A stretch of 64,000 nt of DNA from Acidobacteriota bacterium (GTDB taxonomy: Bacteria > Acidobacteriota > Thermoanaerobaculia > UBA5066 > Gp7-AA6): positions 8,668 to 72,667 of the forward strand of contig JAIVJS010000071.1 in assembly GCA_020199905.1 (NCBI GenBank), in the 5' to 3' direction. A program made the position numbers and the translations under genes. Position 1 is the first letter of the stretch. Every line of letters begins with the position of its first letter. The notes beneath the pieces were generated by a model, which saw only the letters and a program-made list of their open reading frames with translations, searched no databases and was not told the origin of the DNA. Shown here one piece after another: positions 27,575-37,279 of the stretch.

Positions 27575-30500
27575 CTAGCGGGAGCCCGTCAGCTCGTAGA
27601 TCCGCGGGTCCACCTCTCCGAACGTGATGTCGCGATCCGTCCGGCTGTAGGGCAGCAGCGAACCGGTCTCGAAACGCAGACGGGTCACGTCCGAGGCGAA
27701 AGTCTGGCGCGCCGACACCGAGTCGAGGAGCGCGGAAGTGAGATCCCGCTCCGTCAGAATCGCGTCGAGCAGGCTGATTTCCCCGGAGCGATACTGCTCG
27801 AAAGAGTTTCGGATCGTCTCCTCGTAGTACCCCGCGGCGGCCCGCCGCCGTTCCGCCTCCCGGGCGGATTCGCGGGCCGAATTGGCCGCCTGCACGGTGT
27901 TCGCCTGGACGGTCCGCTCGAGATCCCTCGCGGCGATTCCACTCGAGGCGAGAGAGGACTCCGCCTGGAGCAGGAGGCCCCGCTGCACGTTGTTCTTGAA
28001 CGGCAGGGCGAGCCGCAGGTTCACCTGGAAACTCGGGCCCGTGTATTTGCCTCCGAAGGCATTCTTGTATCCCCGGAGGTAGAAGACGCTTCGCGCCGTA
28101 TCGCTCACGTTCCCGGCGGCGTCCCTCGTGAACGCCTCGAACCGGCTCCGGTAGTCCGCCTGCAGCGTGACGCCGAGGCTCGGCCTCAGGTTCACCCGGG
28201 CCGACTGCACGAGCGCGTCCGCGGCGCGCTCCCGCTCGCGCAGCGACTTCACATCCCCGCGCGCGCGCACCGCTCCTTCGACCAGGTCCCTCAGAGACTG
28301 CTCGTCCAGCCGCGCCGCCGACGGCGCTTCCGGCAGCGAGTCCGCGGCGAGCGGCGCATTCCCCATCGCCGTGACGTCGAGCCCGATCGCGCGCGCGAGA
28401 TCGACCCGCGCGTTGGCGAGGGCGCCGCGCGCGCCGGCCACGGCCGCCTCCGCTTCGGCTCGCCGGGCTCGCACGCGATCGAGCTCCGCCCGGGGGATCT
28501 CGTCCCCCTGCACGAGAGCCTCGGAGAGCTGATGGATCCGCCCCTGCGCGCCGGCCGACCGGTCGAGGAGGGTGAACCGCTCCTCTGCGGCGGCGAGCCT
28601 CCAGTACGCCTGCAGGGTGTCGCGCACGCTCTGCGAGGCGATCTGGGCCAGGAAGTCGAGCGACGCCTCATAGTTCAGTTTCGCGGCTCTCAGGGCGGCC
28701 TCCGTCGCGACGTAGCCGAACCCGCGAAGCAGCGGCGCGTCTACGGAGAAACCGAGCACCGCGGTGTAGGAGGTCGGGATGCCGCGGCCGCCGAACGAAG
28801 CGGTGTCGCTCTTGCCTTCGAAGTTGTTCCGGAGGCCCTGGGCGAGAATGATGGGCGACACGATCAGACCGTTGTGAAGCGGGATGTCGTATCGCAGATC
28901 CAGGGTCAGCGTGTCGCGGATGTCGTTGCGAGGCAGAGGCCCGAGCCGCGCGAGAGACTCGTAGGCGCGGCCGGACACCTCTCGAGCGCCGGCGTCGAAC
29001 CGGGTGAGCAGGTCCGCGTAGAAATCGTTGTAGCGCTTCTGGGCGGCCTGAATGTCGGCGCGCTCGGCCGCGTTCGGGTCGTTGGCGGCCAGCGCGGCCA
29101 GCACATCCTCGAAATTGCGGCGCGCCAGCGCTCCCTGCACCACCGACGGCTGGATGTTGGTGCCGCTGACGTCCAGGCAGATCGTCACGCCGTTGACGGT
29201 GAACGTCGAGCCGGAGCACGGCCCGAAATATTTGTAGGAGTTCGCTTTCCCCTGGGCGAGCGAGGTTTCGATGTCGGTCGCGACCTGAGCGAGCACGTCG
29301 CCGAGGGTCTTCAGCGCGTAGCGGCGTTGTACCTCGGGAGTCAGAGGACCTCGCAGCAGGAAACCGATCGCCCGGTCGTAAGAGGGCATGAACACGACCG
29401 CGCTGTCGAAGAACCCGAGCGCCTCCTGGTAGAGGCCGAGGCGGAGGGCGACGTCCTGTCTCGCGAGCTGGATCTGCGGCTGCAGGTCGAGCGTCCGGCG
29501 AACCGCGTCCGCCAGCCGGATCCTCTCGCCGGCCGGTTCCGGCGGAGCGTAGGGGCCGACCGGGGCCGAGGGCGGGGCGAACTGGCCGAAGGCCGCGCCC
29601 GATGCGGGCGGCTCCGCGCGCCGGGCAACGGGCGCCCCGGGCTTTCCGGAGACCCTTCGGCGTCCAGGCCGCGCCTCGGCGGGAACGGAGGCTGTCCTGC
29701 CCCCCGAGGCAACGCCGGGCGCTGTCGGTTTCGGCGGAGGCCCGGCGGCCGGGCTGATCGAGCCGGCGGTCACCGCCGGACGGGGCGTCGTCGCGGGCAC
29801 GAGCGTCGGAGTCACCCGCCGCGTCACGGAGGGGGCCGCTGTCTCGCGGCGCGTCGCGGGCGGCGTCGTGATCCGAGCCGGGGTGGGTCCCGCCGCCTCG
29901 CGGACGAGGGTCCCGCTCTCGAACCGGAGCTGCGCGAGGAGAGTCGCGTACTGCTGGCGCGCCAGCGCGTAAGTGATGAGAGCGCCGGTCTGGAGCTGTT
30001 GCGTCAGGATCGTGTCGATGAGCGAGGACTGGCCGCTCCGGAACATCTCGTTCTCCGACTCGATCGTGCGGCCGTAGTAGTCGACAGCCTCCCGCGCCCT
30101 CTGCACCTGATCGGCCGTCTCCTGGAGAGACCGCAGGAACTGCACGACGTTCGCCTTGATGTTGCGGTCGAGGTCCGTCGCCGTGATCGACCGCTGCTTC
30201 AGGGTCGCGTCCCGCTGCTCGAGACGGCCCCTCGCGGCGTGGTTCCCGAACGGCTTTTCGAAGTCGAGGGCGACGGAGAAGCTCGGCGCGCTCCAGCCGC
30301 GGCCCGTGTTTCCGATCCGCCGCTCCGCGACGGTTCCGGCGGTGATCGGGCTGTGAAGGTCGAGCCGGGGCCGCAGGTCCGTCTCGGCGGCGCGCAGCAG
30401 GACGCCTCCTGACTCGATCAGCTTGCGCGCCGCGAGGCGGTCGTACCGGCGGTCGACGGCGCTCGTGATCAGCTCGTCGGGGCTCGCGCGGCGAAGGACC

Positions 30501-31562
30501 GCGGGGTCTGTCGGTCCCGGGAACGCGTCGGCCGCGAGCGGGGCGTTCGCCTCTTCGAGGACCGAGAGCCCCATGGCGCGGGCGAGGTTGACGCGCGCTT
30601 CGTTGACGGCGCGCGCGGCGTTGAAGACGAGGCTCTGGTCCCCCGCCTGGCTCGCGAGCACACGCGCCCGTTCGGAGCGCGGGATCTCGTCGCCGGAAAT
30701 GAGCGCGTTGGTGACGTCGACGCGCCGGTTCTGGAGCTCGACCGACTTTCTGGCGATGTCCAGCTGCTCCAAACTGCTCGAGGTTCCGCTTGCCCTTGAA
30801 GCGGTCCGACTCGAAGCTCCCCTTGAAGATGAGTCCCGGGGTGATGCCGTTGCGCGCCGGCTGGATCAGCTGGAGATCGATGTTGCCCGCGATGCTCTGG
30901 TTTTCCTTCGGGAGGGGACCGAGATCCGCGAGCTTCTGCCGCTCGCTCGCGAGCTCGATCTCGGATTGATTGAAGACACGCTGGTTGGTCGAGAGCCCGC
31001 GCGCTATCAGGTCCCGTCGGAGGTTCTCGTAGATCGCCCTCACTTCCGGGTCGGTCGTGTTTCGGATCGTCGTATTGAGGATGTCGAACTGGGTCTGCTC
31101 GCCCGTATCCGTCAGGCGGAAGCCGGTCGGATCGAGCGCGAGGCGCTGGTACTCGCCGATCGCCGACTGCGCGGTGTCGCGTGTCTGCGTGATGTCGGCG
31201 ATGCTCTTCTGAATGTCCGTGCGACGTTTCTGCTCCGCGATCACCTGCGACCGGGTCAGGGCCGTCTGGGTGAGCGAAAAGTTCAGGTTCCCGAGGAGAG
31301 TGAGATCGAAACGGCCGGTTTCCGTCTGCGCCACACCCTCCTGCAGCCGCGTCTGCTGCTCGGAGAGCTTGATGTTGGGATCGTGCTGGAGCGTGAGCCG
31401 CACGGCGTCGATCAGGGAAATGCGGTTGTCCGGAAACGTCAGCGCGGGAGGGTCGTAGGGCGCCGCCGGAGCGTCCCGGTGCGTGTCCGCGGCGAGCAGC
31501 GGACCGCACGATACGGCCATCAGGAGAACGATCGGACGCAACCGCGCGGGCAACGCGTTCAT
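27575..31562 (-). CDS. tandem double TolC-like outer-membrane factor (two complete OMF units joined by Pro/Ala/Thr-rich linker); first unit interrupted by a 10-nt insertion/frameshift
   Basis: Frame A (from 31562) has a signal peptide plus the TolC N-half up to '...KGKRNLEQ'. Frame B (30772 downward) carries the TolC C-half, a ~130-aa linker and a second full TolC-like unit without a signal peptide. Deleting 'caaactgctc' at about 30768-30777 joins the frames to '...RNLEQLDIARK...'. Confidence 0.65.
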
Positions 31563-34457
31563 CTGCGGACTCCTTTGTCGGCGGCCGAAGGCGCCGGCGA
31601 AGAATTTCGATGTAAGGACTGAACAAAACGTAGCATCGGCGCGCGAGCGGCGTCAAGGCCGCGACCGCCGCGAGGGGACTCTTCGAAGAGCAGCACGCAC
31701 GGAAGAAAATCGGGCGCCGCGGACCTCAAGAGCGCATAGCCGATTCCCGAGAGCCCGCGGAAGAAGCCGGGGTCGGCCGGGGCGGAATCGTTTCCCTCGT
31801 TTTCGAGGCGGAAGCTTCCGCGGGCGATCGCGGCGTGCAGCAGGGCGGCGATCCGAAGGTCCGCCGCGCGGCGCCAGTCGTCGCGCCCCGCGGCCTGCCC
31901 GGCCGCGAGGAAGATCTCCGCGAGTCCGGCGTTTCCGCAGCAGAGATGGTCCGTCGAGAGAAGGCCGGTCGCCAGGGCGGCGGACATCGCGCGCTCGAGC
32001 TCGCCCGAGAGGGACGGGTCCGGAGACCGGGCGAGCATTCCCGCGCGAGCGAGAGCGATTCCCGGAGCGCCGTGACACCACGCCTTCATGAAGACCGGCG
32101 GACGGCTCGGAACGGGCGAAAGCACGGGCCAGTTGCCCTGCGCCGCGTCGTACAGGCTTTCCTCGTAAAGACGCGCCTCTGCGGCGGCGGCGGCGAACCG
32201 TTCTCGGCCCCCCGCCTCGGAGAGCCGCGCGAGCGCCAGAGAGATGCCCGCCGCTCCGTGCGCCAGACCGGCCAGGCACGTCCCGCCCGGCGACTCCCAA
32301 CCCCATCCGCCGCCGGTGATCCGCTTCGCCCCCGCGAGCAGAGAGTCGCCGCACACCGTTGCGGCTTCGAGCGCCGCCGGATCGCCCGTCAGCCCGTAGA
32401 GCGCCAGCAGTCCGAGCGCGGCGCCCGCCGCGCCGCCCTCGACGTCCGGTATCGCGGTGCCGCCGATCCGCGCGCCGGTGATGCGCGCGGCCGCGCGGCG
32501 CGCGAGCCGCAGGAAGTCGGGGTCGCCCGAGATCGAGGCGATGGCCGCGAGACCGTATACGAGCGAGCCCGTTCCGTCGCCGGCCCCGATCGACTCTCCG
32601 GGCGCCGGTGCCGCGTCTTCCCCGTCCGCGTCCAGGGCGTGCGCGATCGGCCGGCAGACCTCGCGCGCCGCCTCCAAAAACGAGGAGTCCTTCGCGACGG
32701 ACGCCAGGGCCGCGAAGAAGACCGCGATGCCGGCGGCCCCCGAATAGAGGCCCGTCCCGCCGGCCGCCGGCCGCGCGGCCAGAGTCCTCCTCACGTCCTC
32801 CCCGATCCCGCGCGCGAGCCGCAGGAGCTCCGAGGGAGAGAAGCCCGGGTCGCCGGGCGGCCGGCCGGATCGGGATGAGGGCGGAGCGAGCCTCGGACGG
32901 AGCCACGCGACCTGACCCGCCAGGCCTTCTTCCGACATCGCGGCCAGCCGTCGCCTCGCGGCCTCCAGCCCCGACCGCACGATGCGTCCCTCGATCGGAT
33001 CGCCTCCCGCCACGGGAATTTCGCGAGCGTCCACCGGGACGCGGAAGTACGGGACGTCGAGCCTCTCCAGCGCGGAGCGCTCTTCCTGCGTGAGACGCCA
33101 CAGCGCCGGCGGTCGATCGTCTTCGCGGAAGACACGGTTCAGAGAATCGATCGCGAAGCTGCGCGAGACGCCATCGCGAAGGTGCCCCGGCGCGGCGAGC
33201 TCAAGGAGGAGGCGGGCGTAGGTCTCACTCGCGCGAAGCACCAGGCGCGTCGAGATGCCGGCGAAGGCATCGAGCGGACCGCCGGGCGAGCCAATCCCGC
33301 GGCGATGTTCGATCAGGGCGCGATAGGCGTCGGAGAACCCGCGCTCGAGTTCCTCCGGGAAATCGTCCGGCAGGAGAGCGTGCCCGTCAAAAATCGGAAG
33401 ATTCATCGGGCTGGCCGGGGAGGTCGCAGCGGTCGTCTCCATCGCGTCCGTGCCGGGACGGGGGAAGGTCGGCCTCACCGCCGCCGCGCCGCCCCGCAGA
33501 CCGGACAGCTCCGAGACGTCCCCCGACCGCTCGACCCGCGGCGACGTGAGAAGGCCCGAGCGAAGCGCCGACTCGCGCCACTCCCGCGCGAACCGGCCGA
33601 TCGCGCCCGATCGTCCCTCGTCCGCCGCCGCGAACTCCGGCTGCAGCGCCGACTCGGCATCGACGATCGCGGGGCCATCGGCCGACCCGATCACGTTCTC
33701 GACATGGAGGTCGTCCAGACCCATGAGCCAGGCGGCGCAGAGGAGAGCGCCCGACCGGCGGACATAGGCGCGGGCGCCGCCCTCCTCCGCGAGAGCCCCG
33801 CGCTCGATGAGCTCGAAGTATCCATAGTCGTCCCGGGAAAGGGCCACGACGGGCCGCAGCCCCAGGGAGGGGACGCGCCCGCCGAGCCAGGAGAGGAACC
33901 CGTCCCACGCCGCTTCCGCCCGCGGGTCCCGGGGCTTGTAGACGACCGCCGCGCCATTTTCGAATCGGAGAACGCTGACCGTGCGGCCTCCCCGGTGACG
34001 GTCGGAAATCGACGGAACGATCCCGATGACGGGCCCCTCCGCTCGGAAGCGCTCCGCCAGCGCCCTCCGATCGGCGGAGAGGCGCGCCGCGAGTTCGTTC
34101 GTCGTGTCGACCCAGCTCTCCGACAGGATGGCGAGCTGCCGGGCGAGGACCCGGAAAGGCGACGCCGGCATCGACATCGACCGGGAGCGCGGTGTCCCCG
34201 CGCGCGGCCCGGGAAAGGTAGGACGCGAAGACCGCCGTCCACGGAGGCAGCGCGCCGCCCGGGAAGGTGACGGGAACGGCCAGCGCCGCGTTGACCCGCG
34301 CCTCGTCGAGACCGTCCCACGCGAGCCGACGGGCGAACGCGTCCTCCCGCCCTCCCGCCACCATGCGAGCCCACCCCGCGAGTCGCGGGTCGGTTTCCGG
34401 ACCGGGGACCGGTTCGCGGATGCCTCGGGCGAGATCGAGTCTCTCGTCCAGGCTCAT
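31559..34457 (-). CDS. lanM: class II lanthipeptide synthetase LanM (dehydratase DUF4135 + LanC-like cyclase); apparent frameshift near the 5' end
   Basis: LanC-like C-terminus ('WCHGAPGIALA', 'CCGNAGLAEIFL', 'GxxHGxxG'). DUF4135 region ('RTVSVLRFENGAAVVYKPRD'). The first ~90 aa with a LanM-like N-terminus ('RLAWDGLDEARVNAAL') lie in ORF 33387..34457 in another frame; the switch is around 34165-34200. The 5' end overlaps the TolC start (ATGA). Confidence 0.8.
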
Positions 34458-34514
34458 CGCGCGAGCGGCGATCTCCGCGACCCGGTCGAAGGTCAGAGCG
34501 CCTCCACGAAGGAA

Positions 34515-34549
34515 GCGAGGCCACCTTCCATGCCGGAAGGTGGCCTCGT
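34515..34549 (-). terminator. strong 14-bp GC-rich hairpin between precursor gene and lanM (candidate attenuator / processing site)
   Basis: 'cgaggccaccttcc atgcc ggaaggtggcctcg', a perfect 13-14-bp inverted repeat, 25 nt downstream of the precursor stop and 60 nt upstream of the lanM start. Confidence 0.5.
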
Positions 34550-34571
34550 CGCAATCCCGAGATGCGGAGAG

Positions 34572-34892
34572 TTAGACGAGCTTGATTTCGACGTGGGTGT
34601 TGATCCCGCCCTGCGCCTTGTTGCAGTTGTGGTCCAGGAAGCCCCCGGCCACCATCTCGAGCGCGCTGTCGGAGAGCTCCGCGCCGGCCTTCGGCACGAA
34701 GGGGACGACCACGTAGAGCGTGTCGGCCGTTTCCTCGACCGCCTTGACCTTCATGCCCGAGGGGAGGGTCGTGTTCAACTGCTTCTCCATCGTGCCCTTC
34801 GGATCCTTCATGAGCGCCTCGCGATACTTGGGGTCGTTCGCCGCGAACTTTCCGAGAAGATCCTGAATCTCTCCGCGACTGATGTCGGCCAT
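34572..34892 (-). CDS. lanA: NHLP (nitrile-hydratase-leader-peptide) family lanthipeptide precursor
   Basis: Leader 'MADISRGEIQDLLGKFAANDPKYREALMKDPKGTMEKQL...VKAVEETADTLYVVVP...ELSDSALEMVAGG' matches the NHLP leader consensus and ends in a GG cleavage motif. Predicted core 'FLDHNCNKAQGGINTHVEIKLV'. Confidence 0.85.
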   Translation of the reverse strand: MADISRGEIQDLLGKFAANDPKYREALMKDPKGTMEKQLNTTLPSGMKVKAVEETADTLYVVVPFVPKAGAELSDSALEMVAGGFLDHNCNKAQGGINTHVEIKLV

Positions 34893-34950
34893 GGGAACCT
34901 CCTTCGATGTTCAGCCGGAAGTGGCTGAGCTCTTTGTTTGCCCGGAGAGA

Positions 34951-34968
34951 TTGCACGCCGGGTGCCAC
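34951..34968 (-). promoter_or_regulatory. sigma-54 (-24/-12) promoter upstream of the precursor gene
   Basis: Minus-strand 'gTGGCACccggcgTGCAat': GG-N10-GC spacing with good -24 (TGGCAC) and -12 (TGCA) matches, about 60 nt upstream of the ATG at 34892. A sigma-54 activator gene lies immediately upstream. Confidence 0.6.
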
Positions 34969-35086
34969 GGCTCTTTTCCAGTAAACGAAAGAAAACAGAT
35001 GGCTTAGACATGAGACGTTGAAATGGCGTGGAGGTGCGGCTCCATTTGAAGGAGCCACCGCTCCAGAGGAGCGTCCGAGAAGCAGG

Positions 35087-36154
35087 TCAGGGCTTCAGGT
35101 CGTGGTGCCGGAGAAAATCCATCAGCTTCTGATAGTCGGCCGAAGGCAGCCGGAACACGTGGAGTAGCTGCCTGTAGCTCCCTCCGGCGTCGAACAGCCC
35201 CTGCCGGATGAGCGCCTTCACCTGAGAACGATTCAACGTGCGGTCCAGAAACGGCGAGTGCACGAGCTCCCAGAAGCCCCCGCCGTTGGAAGTCATCCGC
35301 CGGTAGAGGTCGTGCGACGGGTCTTCGCTTCCCGGGGGGCCCTCCGAGAGATGGGCCATGAAGTGCTGCGGCTCTATCAGATCGCTGTCCGCCAGCGCGT
35401 ATCCCGTCGTGGTGACGCTGATGAGCTCGCGAACGTTGCCCGGCCATTCGTAGTCCTCGAGCATCTTGAGAGACGCCTGGGAAAAACGCCGGGAGGCTCC
35501 GTACTGCGCGCGCAGCCTCTGCAGGGTGTGCTCGAGGAGATAGAACCAGTCGTTCTCCCGCTCTCTCAACGCGGGAACGCGGATCAGGAAGTAGCAGAGG
35601 CGGTGGTAGAGATCGTGTCGAAATCCGGCGCTCGCGATCAGCTGGGTCAGGGGCCGGTTCGTGGCGGCGACGATCCGCACGTTCACCGATTGAGTGATCT
35701 CGGAGCCGAGCGGCTGGAACTCCCCGTTGGCCAGCGAGCGCAGGAGCATCACCTGCGCGCTCATGTGGAGGTCTCCGATCTCATCTAAAAAGATCACTCC
35801 CCTGTCCGCCGTCTCGAAGCATCCGCGGCGATCCGAGGAAGCGCCCGTGAAGCTGCCCTTCTTGTGTCCGAAGAGCTCGCTGACGGTCAGGTTGCCTTCG
35901 ACGTACTGCGGACAATTGACCGAGACGAAGGGCTTTCCCCGCCGCGGGCCCATCAGGTAGACCGCCTGCGCCAGCGCCTCCTTGCCCGAACCGCTCTCGC
36001 CGGTGATGAGGACGGGCTCGTTGAACGACGCGACCTTTTCGATCGTCTTCTGTATGTCCAGAAACTTCGCCGCCGCGCCGACCATCTCGACGGCTCGCCG
36101 GTATCCCCATTCGGTGATCGAGGCTTTGCGCACGCGCAGCGCAAAATCGCTCAT
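35087..36154 (-). CDS. sigma-54-dependent transcriptional activator lacking an N-terminal sensor/receiver domain (PspF-like architecture)
   Basis: AAA+ sigma-54 activator motifs ('VLITGESGSGKE', 'GSFTGA' which is GAFTGA-like, 'FLDEIGDL', 'VRIVAATN') and a C-terminal HTH. The protein starts about 20 aa before Walker A ('MSDFALRVRK'). Confidence 0.85.
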   Translation of the reverse strand: MSDFALRVRKASITEWGYRRAVEMVGAAAKFLDIQKTIEKVASFNEPVLITGESGSGKEALAQAVYLMGPRRGKPFVSVNCPQYVEGNLTVSELFGHKKGSFTGASSDRRGCFETADRGVIFLDEIGDLHMSAQVMLLRSLANGEFQPLGSEITQSVNVRIVAATNRPLTQLIASAGFRHDLYHRLCYFLIRVPALRERENDWFYLLEHTLQRLRAQYGASRRFSQASLKMLEDYEWPGNVRELISVTTTGYALADSDLIEPQHFMAHLSEGPPGSEDPSHDLYRRMTSNGGGFWELVHSPFLDRTLNRSQVKALIRQGLFDAGGSYRQLLHVFRLPSADYQKLMDFLRHHDLKP

Positions 36155-36254
36155 CGCCTCCGGCGAGTAAGAGCTCAAGAGACCCCTCCCTGGGACGGCG
36201 GGACGAGCGGTGCCGCCGTCCCGCGATCTGCCTCGGTCCTCGTGCTTGTGTGAG

Positions 36255-36370
36255 GGAATCTTAGTCGGGAAACGGGAAACGGGGAAACGGGAAACGACCG
36301 AGCAGGCAGCGCGGCCCCGTTCCGTCTCCCGCCTCCCGCCTTCCCCCTGCCGCCTGCCGGGCTGCGCCGA
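36255..36370. repeat. composite heptanucleotide tandem-repeat block: (GGGAAAC)n then (CTCCCGC)n
   Basis: 'gggaaacgggaaacggggaaacgggaaacg' and 'ctcccgcctcccgccttccccctgccgcctgcc', in the divergent region between the sigma-54 activator and ccmC. Confidence 0.8.
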
Positions 36371-36397
36371 GGCGCCGCAGCGCCGCGTATAAGCTCT

Positions 36398-37075
36398 TTG
36401 GGTATGAAGATTCTGAAGCTCCTGCTCCTCCCGGGAATGGCGGCCATGGTCGCCGCGGCCTTCCTCTGGCCGCGCCCGGCAGAGGGATTTCTCGGCGAGT
36501 CTTCGCGAATCGTCTTTTTTCACGTCCCGTGCGCCTGGACGGCGAGCCTCGCGTTCCTGGTCGCGGCCGGGTACTCCGCAGCCTATCTGGCGCGAGGCAA
36601 CCCGTGGCATGACGAGATCGCGGCGTCGGCCATCCGCCTCGGCGTGCTCTTTGCCGTGCTCACGCTCGTCACGGGATCCCTCTTCGCCAGGATCATGTGG
36701 GGCGCGTACTGGAACTGGGACCCGCGGGAGTCCTCTTTTCTCCTGCTCCTCTTCCTCTACGGCGCTTATCTGTTCCTCCGCGCCGCCATCGACGACACCG
36801 TCCGCCGAGGGCGGATCGCGGCGGCCTATGCCCTCTTTGCCGCCGTGCTCATGCCGTTTCTCGTTTTCGTGGCCCCCCGCGTGACGGCCTCGCTTCACCC
36901 TCAGACCGTCATCAACCCGCAGGGAAAGATCCTGATGGACACCCCGACGCGGGTCGTTTTCTTCGCCGGGCTCGCCGGCTTTACCGCCGTCTTTCTCTGG
37001 ATTCTGTCGCTCGACGCTCGCGCATCGCGACTGGTTCGGACAGCGCGAGAAAGGGCGGCCCGGGCTTCCATCTGA
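36398..37075 (+). CDS. ccmC: cytochrome c-type biogenesis heme exporter protein CcmC
   Basis: WWD motif 'WGAYWNWDPRE', 6 TM. Confidence 0.85.
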   Translation: MGMKILKLLLLPGMAAMVAAAFLWPRPAEGFLGESSRIVFFHVPCAWTASLAFLVAAGYSAAYLARGNPWHDEIAASAIRLGVLFAVLTLVTGSLFARIMWGAYWNWDPRESSFLLLLFLYGAYLFLRAAIDDTVRRGRIAAAYALFAAVLMPFLVFVAPRVTASLHPQTVINPQGKILMDTPTRVVFFAGLAGFTAVFLWILSLDARASRLVRTARERAARASI

Positions 37076-37168
37076 CCGGGCGGAAATGTCCTTTCCTGAA
37101 GCCGCGTTGCATCCGGTGATTCTCGATGCCTGTTTGCTTTTGACCGCCGGGACGGAGACACTCCTTCC

Positions 37169-37279
37169 ATGAACAGCCTGGGGTTCCTGGCCGCCGTGAA
37201 CGTGGTCGTCTGGGCCGGACTCTTCTTCTATCTCTGGCGCCTGGACCGGCGCATTTCCGAGCGGGAGCGCGAGCGATGA
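37169..37279 (+). CDS. ccmD: heme exporter protein CcmD (small, 36 aa)
   Basis: 'MNSLGFLAAVNVVVWAGLFFYLWRLDRRISERERER', single TM. Stop overlaps the ccmE ATG. Confidence 0.55.
   Translation: MNSLGFLAAVNVVVWAGLFFYLWRLDRRISERERER

Noticed and set aside
28668-30700. Distal ~680 aa of the 964-aa frame-A ORF
   Set aside because: After '...KGKRNLEQ' this frame becomes Arg/Pro/Gly-rich nonsense. The real continuation of the TolC gene is frame B (27575..30772).
36255-36370. Possible CRISPR array
   Set aside because: Repeats are 7-nt tandem units with no spacers and no cas genes. They are microsatellites, not CRISPR.
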